A DNA stretch of 60,248 bases, filler included, from Nitrospinae bacterium RIFCSPLOWO2_12_FULL_45_22 (GCA_001803565.1; 9 parts of 9 records of this genome joined end to end with filler, not necessarily neighbours in it); one strand, 5' to 3'; shown: positions 1-11,202, counted from the first letter of the whole stretch. Made by a program: numbers and translations. Notes: a model not told the origin generated them from the sequence alone.

Positions 1-30
1 CATAAAGTTCACTCGAAAATCCCCATTTTA

Positions 31-121
31 ACCGCGGAGAACACGGAGAACGCAGAGAATAATTATTATTAGAATCTTAAATTTATTTTTATTCTCTGTG
101 CCCTCTGCGGTCTCTGCGGTT
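31..121. repeat. Palindromic repeat built of 9-mer units
   Basis: accgcggagaacacggagaacgcagag ... ctctgtgccctctgcggtctctgcggt inverted arms; related arms at 18163-18280 and 36866-36893. Confidence 0.7.
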
Positions 122-179
122 AATTTTCATTCCCCTTTGTGAGCCCCGGCTCATAACGGTTCGTCCCGAAAATCCTCCA

Positions 180-2078
180 TCAACTGTGCATCAAATCCCT
201 TTTACAATACGGGCAGATAGTCCAGTCCGCCTGGACCAGTTTATTACAGGTGGGACAGCTTGTCTGTACCTCATATCTGCAGTATGGACATATGACAAAG
301 TCCAGATGAAGGGGTTTTTCGCATTGGGGACACAGGATCCTGATATCTTCCTCTAACTCAATAACCCTAAGTACCTCTTCAATCGTGGTAACTCCTGCCT
401 TCACCTTGTTTATACCGTCATCACCCATGCTCGAAATGTTCTGGTTCTGCGCAAAAACCCTGACCTCTGCCTCTGAACCTCCTGTTGCTATTATCTCTTT
501 AATTTTTGCCCTGAATGGAAGTACCTCAAATATGCCAAGACGTCCGTAGAATCCTGTATTCTTGCAATAACTGCACCCTGCTCCACGATAGAAGTTCAAA
601 GTATCTATAGATGCAAGGTTTATATTCAACTTCTTCAGGTTTTCTTCAGTCGGTGTGACACTTATCTTACATTTGGGACATATCTGACGGACGAGCCGCT
701 GGGCAATGATCCCTATCACGGTAGATGATACCATATACCTTGGTATTCCCATGTCAATGAGACGTGTAATAGTTGAGAATGCATCATTTGTGTGGAGAGT
801 ACTGATAACAAGGTGGCCGGTCATAGCCGCCCTGAATGCGATCTCTGCTGTCTCAAGGTCTCTTATCTCTCCTACAAGTATTACGTTCGGGTCCTGCCTG
901 AGTATAGAACGAAGGCAGTTGGCAAACGTCAACCCTATTTCAGGCTTCACCTGTATCTGGTTTATTCCTTCTAAATTATACTCAATAGGGTCTTCTACTG
1001 TCGTAATGTTTATGGTCTCTGACCGGAGCCTGTTAATAATGGCATATAGAGTCGTCGTCTTGCCGCTCCCTGTTGGTCCTGTAACAAGCACTATCCCCTT
1101 TCTCTTCTGAGAAAGATGTACAACATGCTGCAAGTCCTTCTTCATAAAACCAAGCACTTCAAGATCCACTGCAATATTGGACTGGTCCAGGATCCTGATA
1201 ACCACCTTTTCCCCAAGGTGTGTAGGAATAGTAGATATCCTGAGGTCTATGTCCTTGTTTTCAAGTTTTACCCTGATAGCCCCGTCCTGAGGCAGGCGGC
1301 GTTCTGCAATATCAAGCGCTGAGAGTATCTTTATCCTTGAAACAAGGGCACCCTGAACCCACTTGGGAAGCTTCATCTCTTCCCTGAGTATCCCATCCAC
1401 TCTTATCCTCACAGACAAATTATTTCTAAGAGGTTCTATATGTATGTCACTGGCACGCTCGCTAATGGCCTTCAGCAAAATCAGATTAACAAGCTTGACT
1501 ATAGGTGCCATCTGGCTCTTCTTTTCGAGATAGGCTACCGGCGCCGCATCGCTGGCAGAGATAGTAGGCATAATCTCCAGGTTTGCTTCTTTTATCATGT
1601 CCGTCGTCTCTGCAAGAATACCCTCTACAGAGGCATCAAGTTTATAATGCTGTTCAATGGCATCAATTATCTCTTTCCTCGTGGATATAAGCGGTTTTAC
1701 TTCAAGTCCACTATGAAAACCAATATCTTTTATAGATTCGTAGTCAAGAGGGTCTACCATGGCTACAGTCATGTATTTACGGTCAAAATAGATTGGGATG
1801 CAGATGTATTTCCTGGAGAGGGCCTCAGGAATCAAAGAGACTGCATCCGGTTCAATGGGCATGGAGTCAAGTGACACATATTGAATTCCGAGCTGGCTGG
1901 CAAGCACCTTCGCTATATCAAACTCAGTAGCTACCCTCATATTGATGAGGGTCTCTCCCATCTTCTTACCGCTCTTCTTCTGCTCTTCGAGAGCCTTCTT
2001 CAGATCGGTCTCGGTTATCAGACCTGCCTGATATAGCAGGTCTCCGAGTCTTTTTTTTGGTAGTGATGGTTGGTTCAT
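180..2078 (-). CDS. GspE/PilB-family secretion/pilus ATPase with N-terminal MshEN-like domain and C-terminal double zinc ribbon
   Basis: GPTGSGKTT Walker A, EDPIEY, LRQDPNVILVGEIRD, STLHTN; N-terminal RLGDLL..GLI; four CPxC motifs at the C-terminus. Confidence 0.9.
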   Translation of the reverse strand: MNQPSLPKKRLGDLLYQAGLITETDLKKALEEQKKSGKKMGETLINMRVATEFDIAKVLASQLGIQYVSLDSMPIEPDAVSLIPEALSRKYICIPIYFDRKYMTVAMVDPLDYESIKDIGFHSGLEVKPLISTRKEIIDAIEQHYKLDASVEGILAETTDMIKEANLEIMPTISASDAAPVAYLEKKSQMAPIVKLVNLILLKAISERASDIHIEPLRNNLSVRIRVDGILREEMKLPKWVQGALVSRIKILSALDIAERRLPQDGAIRVKLENKDIDLRISTIPTHLGEKVVIRILDQSNIAVDLEVLGFMKKDLQHVVHLSQKRKGIVLVTGPTGSGKTTTLYAIINRLRSETINITTVEDPIEYNLEGINQIQVKPEIGLTFANCLRSILRQDPNVILVGEIRDLETAEIAFRAAMTGHLVISTLHTNDAFSTITRLIDMGIPRYMVSSTVIGIIAQRLVRQICPKCKISVTPTEENLKKLNINLASIDTLNFYRGAGCSYCKNTGFYGRLGIFEVLPFRAKIKEIIATGGSEAEVRVFAQNQNISSMGDDGINKVKAGVTTIEEVLRVIELEEDIRILCPQCEKPLHLDFVICPYCRYEVQTSCPTCNKLVQADWTICPYCKRDLMHS

Positions 2079-3352
2079 CAGACTACACCTCGCCTTATCT
2101 TTTCAATATTGTCAAAAATCCTGACAACTCCGAACTCTCCATCATATCCTGCTTCAATATGTACTTCACCACTTCGTACACGCCTTATCGCTTCAGCCAC
2201 AAGAGGAGTATCGGCAGATTCAATTTCATGTATAGGAATGTCTGATAATATGGAGAGTTCACTTCCCAGTGAATTGATTAGTTTATTATAAATGTTTTCA
2301 ACAGTCTTACTGTTCACACCCACACCGGATACCTCTGAGATTATCTCATGCAGGGGTATAAGGCTTTTGTAAGGAACAGGATTGGGGTGTATATAATCTT
2401 CATTCCTGTCTGCAAGGGCAGCTACACGACTCAGGACTCCAACCGTCACCTTATCACCACACTTTGGACAGAGCCCATTGTTCTGCCTGGTCTCTGAAGG
2501 GGTCATCCTCTGTTTACAAGACCTGTGGCCATCATAGTGATACTTGCCCTCTTCAGGAAAAAACTCTATCGTGCCTATAAACTTAGTCGTATCTTTTTCT
2601 TTGATGGCGTCATATATTCCATTATAAGATAGTCCGGTATTAAATATATTTGCCTCCCGTGCAAGTTTCTTCGGGGAGTGGGCATCGGAATTTGAGATGA
2701 GTGTAATCCTGTCGAGAGAGGATAATCTCCTGTTCATTTGCGGATCGGATGACAGTCCGGTCTCAATCGCAAATACATTCGGTGTAAGATCTTCAAAACA
2801 CTCTTCCATTGTATCAAACCCTGAGTTTGAACCGAATACAGAGAAATGCGGCGTCCATGCATGGGCCGGGATAAACATGACATCAGGAGATACATCAAGT
2901 GCAATCTTTAACAATACCTTGCTGTCAAGCCCAAGTATCGGTCTCCCATCGGACTTGAGATTACCGATCTTTGACAACGCATCATTAATGCGCTGTACTG
3001 CTTCAAATGAAGGGGCAATGAGGAGATTATGCACCTTGCGGGTCTTTCCATTTTTGCTGTATATACAACTTATTTCAGCAGAGAGGATAAAGCGCACATC
3101 TCTGCGGCAGGACTGCGGGACTTTATTGTTTATCTCAGAAAGATATGCAGTCTTAAGTTTAAACAGGCCTGGCTCGGCCTCTTCCAGTTTATCTTTAAGA
3201 TTGGAAAACCACTTTGGGTGGGTAAAATCCCCTGTACCAATAACAGTGAGGCCCTTTAACTGAGCCCACTTGCACAGGCTTTCAATCTCCATGTCCTTAC
3301 TCGTTGCACGCGAGTATGGTGAGTGTATATGCAGGTCAGCAATAAAACGCAT
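2078..3352 (-). CDS. Endonuclease Q family (PHP domain) protein
   Basis: DLHIHSPYSRATS, GTGDFTHP, AHAWTP, SNSDAHS, GKYHYDGHRSC, GYDGEFG. Confidence 0.85.
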   Translation of the reverse strand: MRFIADLHIHSPYSRATSKDMEIESLCKWAQLKGLTVIGTGDFTHPKWFSNLKDKLEEAEPGLFKLKTAYLSEINNKVPQSCRRDVRFILSAEISCIYSKNGKTRKVHNLLIAPSFEAVQRINDALSKIGNLKSDGRPILGLDSKVLLKIALDVSPDVMFIPAHAWTPHFSVFGSNSGFDTMEECFEDLTPNVFAIETGLSSDPQMNRRLSSLDRITLISNSDAHSPKKLAREANIFNTGLSYNGIYDAIKEKDTTKFIGTIEFFPEEGKYHYDGHRSCKQRMTPSETRQNNGLCPKCGDKVTVGVLSRVAALADRNEDYIHPNPVPYKSLIPLHEIISEVSGVGVNSKTVENIYNKLINSLGSELSILSDIPIHEIESADTPLVAEAIRRVRSGEVHIEAGYDGEFGVVRIFDNIEKIRRGVV

Positions 3353-3406
3353 ATTCCCCTTGCACTCCTTTGTGAAGACATGTTAATATATCTGTNNNNN
3401 NTCAGC

Positions 3407-3481
3407 AGGCGCGTAGCTCAGTGGGAGAGCGCTTCCTTGACACGGAAGAGGTCGGGGGTTCAATCCCCCCCGTGCCTACCA
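3407..3481 (+). tRNA. tRNA-Val (GAC)
   Basis: Acceptor stem AGGCGCG/CGTGCCT, anticodon arm CTTCC-TTGACAC-GGAAG, GGTTCAA T-loop, encoded CCA. Confidence 0.97.
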
Positions 3482-3590
3482 TATTTCCTGATAAGTAGCA
3501 CGACACTCCATACATTATCANNNNNNNNNNNNNNNNNNNNNNNNNNNNNNNNNNNNNNNNNNNNNNNNNNNNNNNNNNNNNNNNNNNNNN

Positions 3591-4727
3591 AGCAGGATAC
3601 TCGCAGGACATCTCTGGATATTTTCTAATGAACTATCGGAGAGTCCCAAAAATTATGAACCTGGTTCGTTCGTTGAGGTATATGACAGACAGAATAATTT
3701 CCTGGGTATAGGCTACATAAACCCCAACTCACTTATATCCATCAGACTCCTGACACGAAAAAAGGAAAAGATAGATGCTGACTTCTTCAAAAAGCGCATA
3801 CTTGATGCTATTGATTACAGGAAAAGGGTTTGCGTAGACAATAATTCCTGCAGGATTATCTTCAGCGAAGGGGATTTTTTACCGGGACTGATAGTTGATA
3901 AATATGCTGACTGTATAGTCGTACAGTTTCTGACTCTCGGTATTGATAACATAGGGGTTATGATCTTAAATCTGATTGATGAGATTTTATCCCCATCGGT
4001 GATTGTACTCAGAAACGACAGCCAGAGCAGGACACTTGAAGGAATACCGCTTGAAAAGAAGATTGCAAAGGGGTCAGTTGACCCACTGCCTGTGATAAAT
4101 GAAGAAGAGATCACTATTGAAGTAGACCCGATGAGGGGTCAAAAAACAGGTTTCTTCCTTGACCAAAGGGAAAGCAGGATTGCGCTAAGCAGGTATATCA
4201 ATGGAGGAAAAGGGCTTGACCTGTTTTGCTATTCAGGTGCATGGGGATTGCAGTTGGCTAAGAAAGGGGCGTATGTAACATTTATAGATGAATCCGAAAC
4301 TGCCCTGTCAACAGCAGGAAAGAATGTGAAGTTGAATAATCTTGAGGCAAGGTGCGGATTCGTGAAAAAAGACGTGTTTAATTTTCTGAGTGAAGGTGTG
4401 GAAGCTGGAAACACCTGTGATTTCATAGTGCTTGATCCCCCTGCATTTGTTAAAAGCAGGACAAAGATTAAGGAAGCCATCAGGGGTTACAGGGAGATTA
4501 ACTCAATGGCAATGATGTTAATCAGAAAAGGAGGCATACTTGCAACATCTTCCTGCTCTCACCACATTGACCGCTCTATGTTTCTTGAGATACTGCGGGA
4601 TGCAGCAAAGGATGCAGGTAAAACTGCCAGACTGATAGAGTACCGCTACCAGTCCAAAGATCACCCCATCCTGTTATCAGTCCCTGAGACTGAGTATCTC
4701 AAATGTGCCTTTCTTGAGGTAATTTGA
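3591..4727 (+). CDS. RlmI-like SAM-dependent rRNA m5C methyltransferase (5' end lies in the N gap)
   Basis: Frame is open from 3591 (GHLWIFSNE, PUA-type start); GQKTGFFLDQR, LDLFCYSG, LDPPAF, SCSHH, DHP..ETEYLK. Confidence 0.85.
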   Translation, partial: SRILAGHLWIFSNELSESPKNYEPGSFVEVYDRQNNFLGIGYINPNSLISIRLLTRKKEKIDADFFKKRILDAIDYRKRVCVDNNSCRIIFSEGDFLPGLIVDKYADCIVVQFLTLGIDNIGVMILNLIDEILSPSVIVLRNDSQSRTLEGIPLEKKIAKGSVDPLPVINEEEITIEVDPMRGQKTGFFLDQRESRIALSRYINGGKGLDLFCYSGAWGLQLAKKGAYVTFIDESETALSTAGKNVKLNNLEARCGFVKKDVFNFLSEGVEAGNTCDFIVLDPPAFVKSRTKIKEAIRGYREINSMAMMLIRKGGILATSSCSHHIDRSMFLEILRDAAKDAGKTARLIEYRYQSKDHPILLSVPETEYLKCAFLEVI

Positions 4728-4763
4728 CTTTGCCGATATGTCTCATGTAAACTAACCATTAAT

Positions 4764-5306
4764 ATGAGCATAACTCAAAGAAATATCTTATTATTCAGCC
4801 TTATTTCAGTAACACTATTATTAGTCTCAATTGTGTTATACCCGCAGCTTGCCAATAGTGTTACCCCTTCAGAAATATGTCCAAAGCATGATTTCTCTAC
4901 TGGTGAATACACGGCATGTTACTATTGCCATAATGCGGAAAGCGAGGGTGAGGCCGGTTTTATTATTAATACAGACAGTACGTATTGCCTGAGTTGTCAC
5001 GACGGAACAACTGTGGACGCCTTCGCATATACCACCCTTGGAAGCGCTGCAGAGCGTATCTCCGGCAGTGTCGCTATAGGACATATGAAGGGAGTTGACC
5101 ACCCGTTTTCTGTAAGTTATACAGATGCAAAAAATGTGAGCACTACATTAAAACTACGTACAACCCCAACGGCAGGAACTGTTCCACTCTTCAACGATAG
5201 AGTGGAATGTGCAAGCTGTCACGACCCTCATAGCTGCATCAACCCCCTCTTCCTCCGAATATCAAACGACCGCAGTGCTTTGTGCCTGGCGTGTCATGAT
5301 ATGTAG
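4764..5306 (+). CDS. Exported tetraheme cytochrome c (doubled-CXXCH type)
   Basis: N-terminal hydrophobic segment; CYYCH, CLSCH, CASCH(DPH), CLACH. Confidence 0.85.
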   Translation: MSITQRNILLFSLISVTLLLVSIVLYPQLANSVTPSEICPKHDFSTGEYTACYYCHNAESEGEAGFIINTDSTYCLSCHDGTTVDAFAYTTLGSAAERISGSVAIGHMKGVDHPFSVSYTDAKNVSTTLKLRTTPTAGTVPLFNDRVECASCHDPHSCINPLFLRISNDRSALCLACHDM

Positions 5307-5453
5307 GCTAAGAAAATAGTCCCTGCTTAAAACAATTTTTTAAACCCAAGCCCTACATCTTCAAAATGTTTATCAGCGGTTAGAACCTGTGAAACACCCA
5401 GCTCCTTCATAACGACAAAAGAAGAAAAATCAAAGAATGAGATATATGGCTTA

Positions 5454-5553
5454 NNNNNNNNNNNNNNNNNNNNNNNNNNNNNNNNNNNNNNNNNNNNTTA
5501 ATTAATTAANNNNNNNNNNNNNNNNNNNNNNNNNNNNNNNNNNNNNNNNNNNN
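5454..5553. other. Artificial contig linker (also 12327-12426, 17960-18059, 27589-27688, 33554-33653, 41397-41496, 47052-47151, 53447-53546)
   Basis: Identical 100-nt N44-TTAATTAATTAA-N44 blocks carrying stop codons in all frames. Confidence 0.98.
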
Positions 5554-5608
5554 AAGGGAGACAAGGCCGGTTGAGGATATCTTCGATAAATATATTAGCC
5601 CGGCGAAG

Positions 5609-6616
5609 ATGCAAGCCGCCCAAAGCGGTATGCTCTATAAGGCCGATTTTGAACTGAATCTGACCTGCCCCTGTACCTGTAAGATCTGTTTCTCCGGCTC
5701 TTACAGAACCGGCCCGATGATGCCCCGGGAGAAGGTATTAGAAGCCATTGATGATATAGCCGGGCTGGGCTTCAAACAGATTATGTGGGAAGGGGGGGAA
5801 TCCCTCCTCCACCCCAATATATTTGAGTTTGTCGAGTATGCCTATGAAAAAGGGCTGAGGAGTGGGATAGTTTCAGGTGGGCTACCGATTACCAAAAAGG
5901 TAGCGGAGAGACTGGCTCGGGCCTATGAGAAGAGGTGGATGAACGAATTTATCATCCATATAGATACCATTGATCCGGAGAATTTCCTCAAGCTCCACGA
6001 TAATCCCCAGGAGCTTCCGGCCAGAATCCAGGGCTATAGAAATCTTATTGGGGCCGGCTTCCCGGCCAAGCGGATAATGCCCTGTATTACCCTGACCAGA
6101 CCCGCAGCGGAGAAGATAGAAGAGACTATTGATTGGTACATAGATGAAATGGGGGCCCGGTTTGTCGAGATCACCATGTTCAAGCCTATGGGTGCGGGCG
6201 GGCTAAATAAGTTACTGGAACCCCCCCTCTCCCTGATAAAGAAGACGCATGAATACCGGGCAAAGAAATTCGGCAGCCCCAACTGGGACCGGATAGGCTC
6301 CACAGAATGTAGTACGATCCAGTGCCGTACCGACTTCTATCTGACCGTAGAAGGGAATGTGATGCCTTGCTCCCAGATGCCCGACAGCTTTGCGGTAGGG
6401 AATATCTATCAGGAGCGGCTGATGGATATCTTCCTGAAATACAGAGATACCATTGCCCTGCGCGACATGAAGGTCAAAGGTCAGTGTGCCGCGTGTGAGA
6501 ATAATGATATCTGCTATGGTTGCCGTTCTTCAGCTTACTGGTACTTAGGGGATATCAAAGGCCCGGACCCAAAGTGCTGGCGTAATCCCGAGGCCAAAGA
6601 GCTTTATCTCTCTTAA
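5609..6616 (+). CDS. Radical SAM/SPASM domain protein (possibly 5' partial)
   Basis: CPCTCKIC (Cx3Cx2C), GGE; SPASM C..C..PC..CxxC..C..C..DPKC; frame stays open to the contig edge. Confidence 0.88.
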   Translation: MQAAQSGMLYKADFELNLTCPCTCKICFSGSYRTGPMMPREKVLEAIDDIAGLGFKQIMWEGGESLLHPNIFEFVEYAYEKGLRSGIVSGGLPITKKVAERLARAYEKRWMNEFIIHIDTIDPENFLKLHDNPQELPARIQGYRNLIGAGFPAKRIMPCITLTRPAAEKIEETIDWYIDEMGARFVEITMFKPMGAGGLNKLLEPPLSLIKKTHEYRAKKFGSPNWDRIGSTECSTIQCRTDFYLTVEGNVMPCSQMPDSFAVGNIYQERLMDIFLKYRDTIALRDMKVKGQCAACENNDICYGCRSSAYWYLGDIKGPDPKCWRNPEAKELYLS

Positions 6617-6989
6617 AGAGCAAAATGGGATACGTTCATAGGAAACCTGTTTACCGACTGAACGGCATCCGGCATGGAGGCAGCGTGAACTTGACTCAGG
6701 CTTTCGTGTGGAACATGGGAACCTGTCGTTCCGAAACCATAAGCCGTAGCACCTTTTGACGATCCAATACATTCAAACATGCTGCAAAGTTCCGTTTGAT
6801 AAGCACCGGTAATAGACCCGGTATCTTTTCTCCTGATTTATCATGAGAAACTTATCTCATCTCTTGTAATGTTCCATGAGTGGTCCTTCTGCAATAATTG
6901 CGTCAAAGTGCGTAATAATTGTAATCTGCTCTTGCAATTGGCATCTAGGGATAAAATGTTGGGGGAAATCCAGTGATTGATTGCCTTCC

Positions 6990-7018
6990 TTGACAATACC
7001 CCGTATAAGCTATATAAA
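6990..7018 (+). promoter_or_regulatory. Sigma70-type promoter of the arg genes
   Basis: TTGACA-17 nt-TATAAA about 80 nt upstream of argD. Confidence 0.6.
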
Positions 7019-7096
7019 TAAGTCTATTCTTAATGCGTTTGTCTGGCTTATCGTTTTATTGAGCCAACCTGTTTAACCCATTACTAGAGCAGGATC

Positions 7097-8296
7097 ATGC
7101 ACGAAGCAGGATTTATTGCTGACGGTATGAGATATCTGGCTAATAGTTATCGCCGGGCACCTATGCTCGTAGTCAGGGGCCAGGGATGCAAGGTATGGGA
7201 TATAGAAGGCAAAGAGTATCTGGATTTTGTTGCCGGGATAGCAGTCAATAATCTGGGCCACTGTCATCCCAGAGTAGTAGATGCCCTGCAACAACAAGCA
7301 GCCCGCCTTATCCATGTCTCTAATCTCTATTATATTCAGCCCCAGATCGAACTCGCTCAACTACTGGTCAATAATTCCTTTGCTGACAAGGCCTTCTTCT
7401 GTAACAGTGGTGCAGAGGCAATAGAGGCAGCGATAAAGCTGGTCCGGCGGTATTCGTCTGCACACTTTGGTCCGGAGCGTTTCGAGATCATTTGTATGGA
7501 TCATTCTTTTCATGGCCGTACTATGGGTGCTCTTAGTGCAACTGGTCAAGCAAAGTATCATGAAGGCTACCAACCTATGCTCCCTGGCTTCTCCTTTGTT
7601 CCTTATAACGACTTAGATGCCATCAGGCGGGCTATTACGGATAAGACCTGTGCTATTCTGGTGGAGCCCATCCAGGGTGAGGGTGGGGTGAATATCCCGT
7701 ATGATTCTTACCTACCCGGCCTGAGAGATCTCTGCCAGGAATATAAGCTACTCCTTATTTATGATGAGATCCAAACCGGGATGGGGCGTACCGGTAAATT
7801 CTTTGCTTATGAACATTATGATGCGCCACCGGATATTATGGCTTTGGCTAAAGGCATAGCGGGTGGGGTGCCCATGGGGGCTATGTTGGCTACCGAGGAG
7901 GTAATGAATACTTTTATCCCCGGTAGTCATGCCTCGACTTTTGGTGGTAACCCTTTGGCCTGTGCGGCTGGTGTAGCGGCAGTAAAGACCTTGCTGCAAG
8001 AAGGTATCGTGGATCATTGTCAGAAGATAGGAGACTATTTTAAGAATCGTTTGATCGGGTTAGCCCAAAAATTCCCCTTTATAAATAATGTCCGGGGCAA
8101 AGGGCTTATGTTAGGGATGGAACTGACCTTTCCGGGGGCCGAAATAGTGGATCGCTGTCGGGAAGAGGGATTCTTGATCAACTGTACTATGGACAAGGTA
8201 TTGCGTTTCTTACCGCCCCTAATAATATCCGAGGAAGAGATTGATAGACTGCTGGAGGCCCTGGAAGCCATTTTCGATAAGTGTCATCCGGAATAA
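7097..8296 (+). CDS. argD: Acetylornithine aminotransferase
   Basis: FCNSGAEA, FHGRT, EPIQGEGG, DEIQTG, LAKGIAGG, STFGGNP; arg operon context. Confidence 0.93.
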   Translation: MHEAGFIADGMRYLANSYRRAPMLVVRGQGCKVWDIEGKEYLDFVAGIAVNNLGHCHPRVVDALQQQAARLIHVSNLYYIQPQIELAQLLVNNSFADKAFFCNSGAEAIEAAIKLVRRYSSAHFGPERFEIICMDHSFHGRTMGALSATGQAKYHEGYQPMLPGFSFVPYNDLDAIRRAITDKTCAILVEPIQGEGGVNIPYDSYLPGLRDLCQEYKLLLIYDEIQTGMGRTGKFFAYEHYDAPPDIMALAKGIAGGVPMGAMLATEEVMNTFIPGSHASTFGGNPLACAAGVAAVKTLLQEGIVDHCQKIGDYFKNRLIGLAQKFPFINNVRGKGLMLGMELTFPGAEIVDRCREEGFLINCTMDKVLRFLPPLIISEEEIDRLLEALEAIFDKCHPE

Positions 8297-8469
8297 ATCC
8301 AAGAATTGACTAATTAGTTCCCACTGAAAAATGGGGTGTCGAGCAAGCTCGACCACCCTGCCTGTGCTACAGCAGACAGGTACAGGCATCATGAAAACAG
8401 TATTGCTATAGCAATATGTAGTGGCAGAGCTTGCTCTGCGGGATATGTCACAGAATAAAATCTACGATT

Positions 8470-9384
8470 ATGAAAAGGGATTTGGTTAGTATCTTTGAAT
8501 TAGAGGAAAGAGATATCCAAAGGATATTAGAGCGAGCAGCCTATTTTAAAAAGAGCAATCCTCAAGGATATTATCCCCTGAAGGGTAAGAGCCTGGGCTT
8601 GATCTTTTATAAACCCTCTACCCGCACCCGGGTATCTTTTGAAGTAGCTATCTATCAACTAGGTGGTTATCCTATCTTCTTAAAGGCTCAGGACCTGCAA
8701 ATAGGCCGTGGTGAGGCTATTAAAGATATGGGCCGGGTACTTTCGCGCTATCTTAATGGTATAATCATCCGCACCTTTGACCAATCAGATATAGAAGAAT
8801 TAGCTGCTTATGCTACTATCCCGGTTATTAATGCCTTGTCCGCCCTTTATCACCCCTGTCAGATTCTGGCAGATATCTTTACTATTCAGGAAAAATTTAG
8901 TTCCTATAAAGGTATTAAAGTAGTCTATATAGGTGATGGGAACAATGTAGCTAACTCCTGGCTGGCTGCTGCTGCTAAGCTGGGTATTACCCTTAGCATT
9001 GCCTCACCATCGGGCTATGAACCCACGGGAGAGATCATAGCCAGGACCAAACAAATAGCCCAAAAAGGGGCTAACCAGCTAGAGATCATCCATGATCCTT
9101 ACCGGGCTGTGCAAGGGGCAGATATTATCTATACCGATGTCTGGACTAGCATGGGTAGGGAAGAGGAAGAGGCAGAGAGGCTTAAAGCCTTTGCCGGTTA
9201 CCAGGTAAATAAGGAATTGGTAGCAGCAACCCAGAAGGAAACATTCATTATGCACTGCCTGCCAGCCCACAGGGGGCAAGAGATTACCAGTGATGTCTTA
9301 GACGGAGAAAATTCTCTGGTTTACGAACAGGCCGAGAATAGACTCCATATACATAAGGCTATCCTTGATTTATGGATAACTTAA
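8470..9384 (+). CDS. argF: Ornithine carbamoyltransferase
   Basis: STRTR, HPCQ, DVWTSMG, HCLP, QAENRLH; start moved to the ATG at 8470. Confidence 0.95.
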   Translation: MKRDLVSIFELEERDIQRILERAAYFKKSNPQGYYPLKGKSLGLIFYKPSTRTRVSFEVAIYQLGGYPIFLKAQDLQIGRGEAIKDMGRVLSRYLNGIIIRTFDQSDIEELAAYATIPVINALSALYHPCQILADIFTIQEKFSSYKGIKVVYIGDGNNVANSWLAAAAKLGITLSIASPSGYEPTGEIIARTKQIAQKGANQLEIIHDPYRAVQGADIIYTDVWTSMGREEEEAERLKAFAGYQVNKELVAATQKETFIMHCLPAHRGQEITSDVLDGENSLVYEQAENRLHIHKAILDLWIT

Positions 9385-9488
9385 AAAGAAGCTAAAAGGG
9401 TAAAGCGCAAAGGGTAAAGCGAAGGAATAATTCCTTAATTTTGCGTTTTTCGCTTTACGCTTTACCTTTTCGTAAGGGGGGAAAGATT

Positions 9489-10691
9489 GTGGCGGATAGG
9501 ATCAGAAAAGTGGTATTGGCTTATTCAGGCGGTTTAGATACCTCGATTATTCTTTACTGGTTGAGGGAGCGTTATAGTTGTCAGGTTATTGCCTTCCTGG
9601 CCGATTTAGGTCAGGCCGAAGACCTGGAGGAGATTCGCCAGAGGGCAAAAGCCACGGGTGCCGATGAGATAATAATAGAAGACTTGAAAGAGGTCTTTGC
9701 CCGGGATTATATCTTTCCTATGCTCCGGGCCAATGCCATCTATGAGGGGGGCTATCTTCTCGGTACTTCTATAGCCCGACCTTTAATAGCCAAAAAGCAG
9801 GTAGAAATAGCCCGGGCTTCAGGGGCCGATGCAGTGGCGCATGGTGCTACCGGTAAGGGGAATGACCAGGTTCGGTTTGAGCTGACTTATATGGCCTTAT
9901 GCCCTGATTTAAAGATAATTGCCCCCTGGAGGGAATGGGAGCTTAATTCCCGTAAAGCCCTGGTAGAGTATGCCCAGAAGCATAATATCCCTGTTCCGGT
10001 AACTAAAGAAAAACCATACAGTTGTGACCGGAATCTCCTGCATACCAGCTATGAAGGTGGCATATTAGAAGACCCCTGGCGCGAACCCGATGAAGAGATG
10101 TTCCTCTTGACCCGATCACCGGAAAAGTCCCCGGACCAGAAACTATATTTAGAGGTCCAGTACGAAAAAGGGGACCCAGTAGCATTAAATGGTCAGAGGA
10201 AAAGCCCCGCTGCCCTTATCCAGGAACTTAATAAGATAGGAGGAGAGCATGGTATTGGCCGGGTGGATATGGTCGAGAATCGCTATGTTGGCATCAAATC
10301 CCGTGGGGTATATGAGACCCCCGGTGGTACTATCCTCCATATTGCCCACCGGGCAGTGGAATCTATTACTATGGATCGGGAAGTAATGCACCTGAGAGAT
10401 TCTCTAATGCCCCAATATGCCCAGATGATCTACTACGGCTATTGGTTTTCGCCGGAGCGGGAGATGCTGCAAAAGGCTATAGACGAAGCCCAGAAGGATG
10501 TTACGGGCATAGCCCGCTTAAAATTGTATCGAGGCAACTGTACCGTCGTTGGCCGGAAGGCGGAAAAATCTCTCTATAGCGATTCCTATGCCACTTTTGA
10601 AGCTGATCAGGTTTATGATCAGAAACAAGCCCAGGGTTTTATTCAGATAAATGCCCTGCGACTGAAGATGCGCCAATTACTTAATCAATAA
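9489..10691 (+). CDS. argG: Argininosuccinate synthase
   Basis: [38 protein letters not shown] start after a purine-rich RBS. Confidence 0.97.
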   Translation: MADRIRKVVLAYSGGLDTSIILYWLRERYSCQVIAFLADLGQAEDLEEIRQRAKATGADEIIIEDLKEVFARDYIFPMLRANAIYEGGYLLGTSIARPLIAKKQVEIARASGADAVAHGATGKGNDQVRFELTYMALCPDLKIIAPWREWELNSRKALVEYAQKHNIPVPVTKEKPYSCDRNLLHTSYEGGILEDPWREPDEEMFLLTRSPEKSPDQKLYLEVQYEKGDPVALNGQRKSPAALIQELNKIGGEHGIGRVDMVENRYVGIKSRGVYETPGGTILHIAHRAVESITMDREVMHLRDSLMPQYAQMIYYGYWFSPEREMLQKAIDEAQKDVTGIARLKLYRGNCTVVGRKAEKSLYSDSYATFEADQVYDQKQAQGFIQINALRLKMRQLLNQ

Positions 10692-10709
10692 GATGAGCAG
10701 CCATTAAGC

Positions 10710-11075
10710 ATGCGGCACAGATCATCTCCTTCTGCGAAGATAAGATATCTTGATAAAGACGAGATCTGGAAGTCCTTACGAAAATCTATTAAGGAACTTC
10801 GAGAACGCTATCCTGAAATTGAGCAAGTGATACTCTTTGGCTCTTTTGCTAGAGGCGAAGCAGTCCCTGGGAGTGACATAGATTTACTTATTATCTTAAA
10901 AGACTCAAAACTAACTTTCCTTGAGAGGATCGTTCGCTATATTCCATCAAAGTGTGGTATTGGAGTTGAGGTGTTTCCGTATACCAAAGAGGAGCTAGAG
11001 TCTCTGGTAACTGAAGGTAATCACTTTCTTAAAAGAGCATTAGAAGAAGGTGTAGAGATCGCCGCTGAGTCTTGA
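10710..11075 (+). CDS. Minimal nucleotidyltransferase (MNT), orphan
   Basis: LFGSFARG..SDIDLL motif. Confidence 0.85.
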   Translation: MRHRSSPSAKIRYLDKDEIWKSLRKSIKELRERYPEIEQVILFGSFARGEAVPGSDIDLLIILKDSKLTFLERIVRYIPSKCGIGVEVFPYTKEELESLVTEGNHFLKRALEEGVEIAAES

Positions 11076-11202
11076 ATCCCTAAAAGAGAATCCTCCCTCT
11101 TTTCAAGTCAATATAATTTGGAAAATCAGGCTGGTTTAATTCGCAAGTCTACACGTGTATACTACTTAAGACTTCACCGAGACACGGCGTAAGGAGCCAG
11201 AC

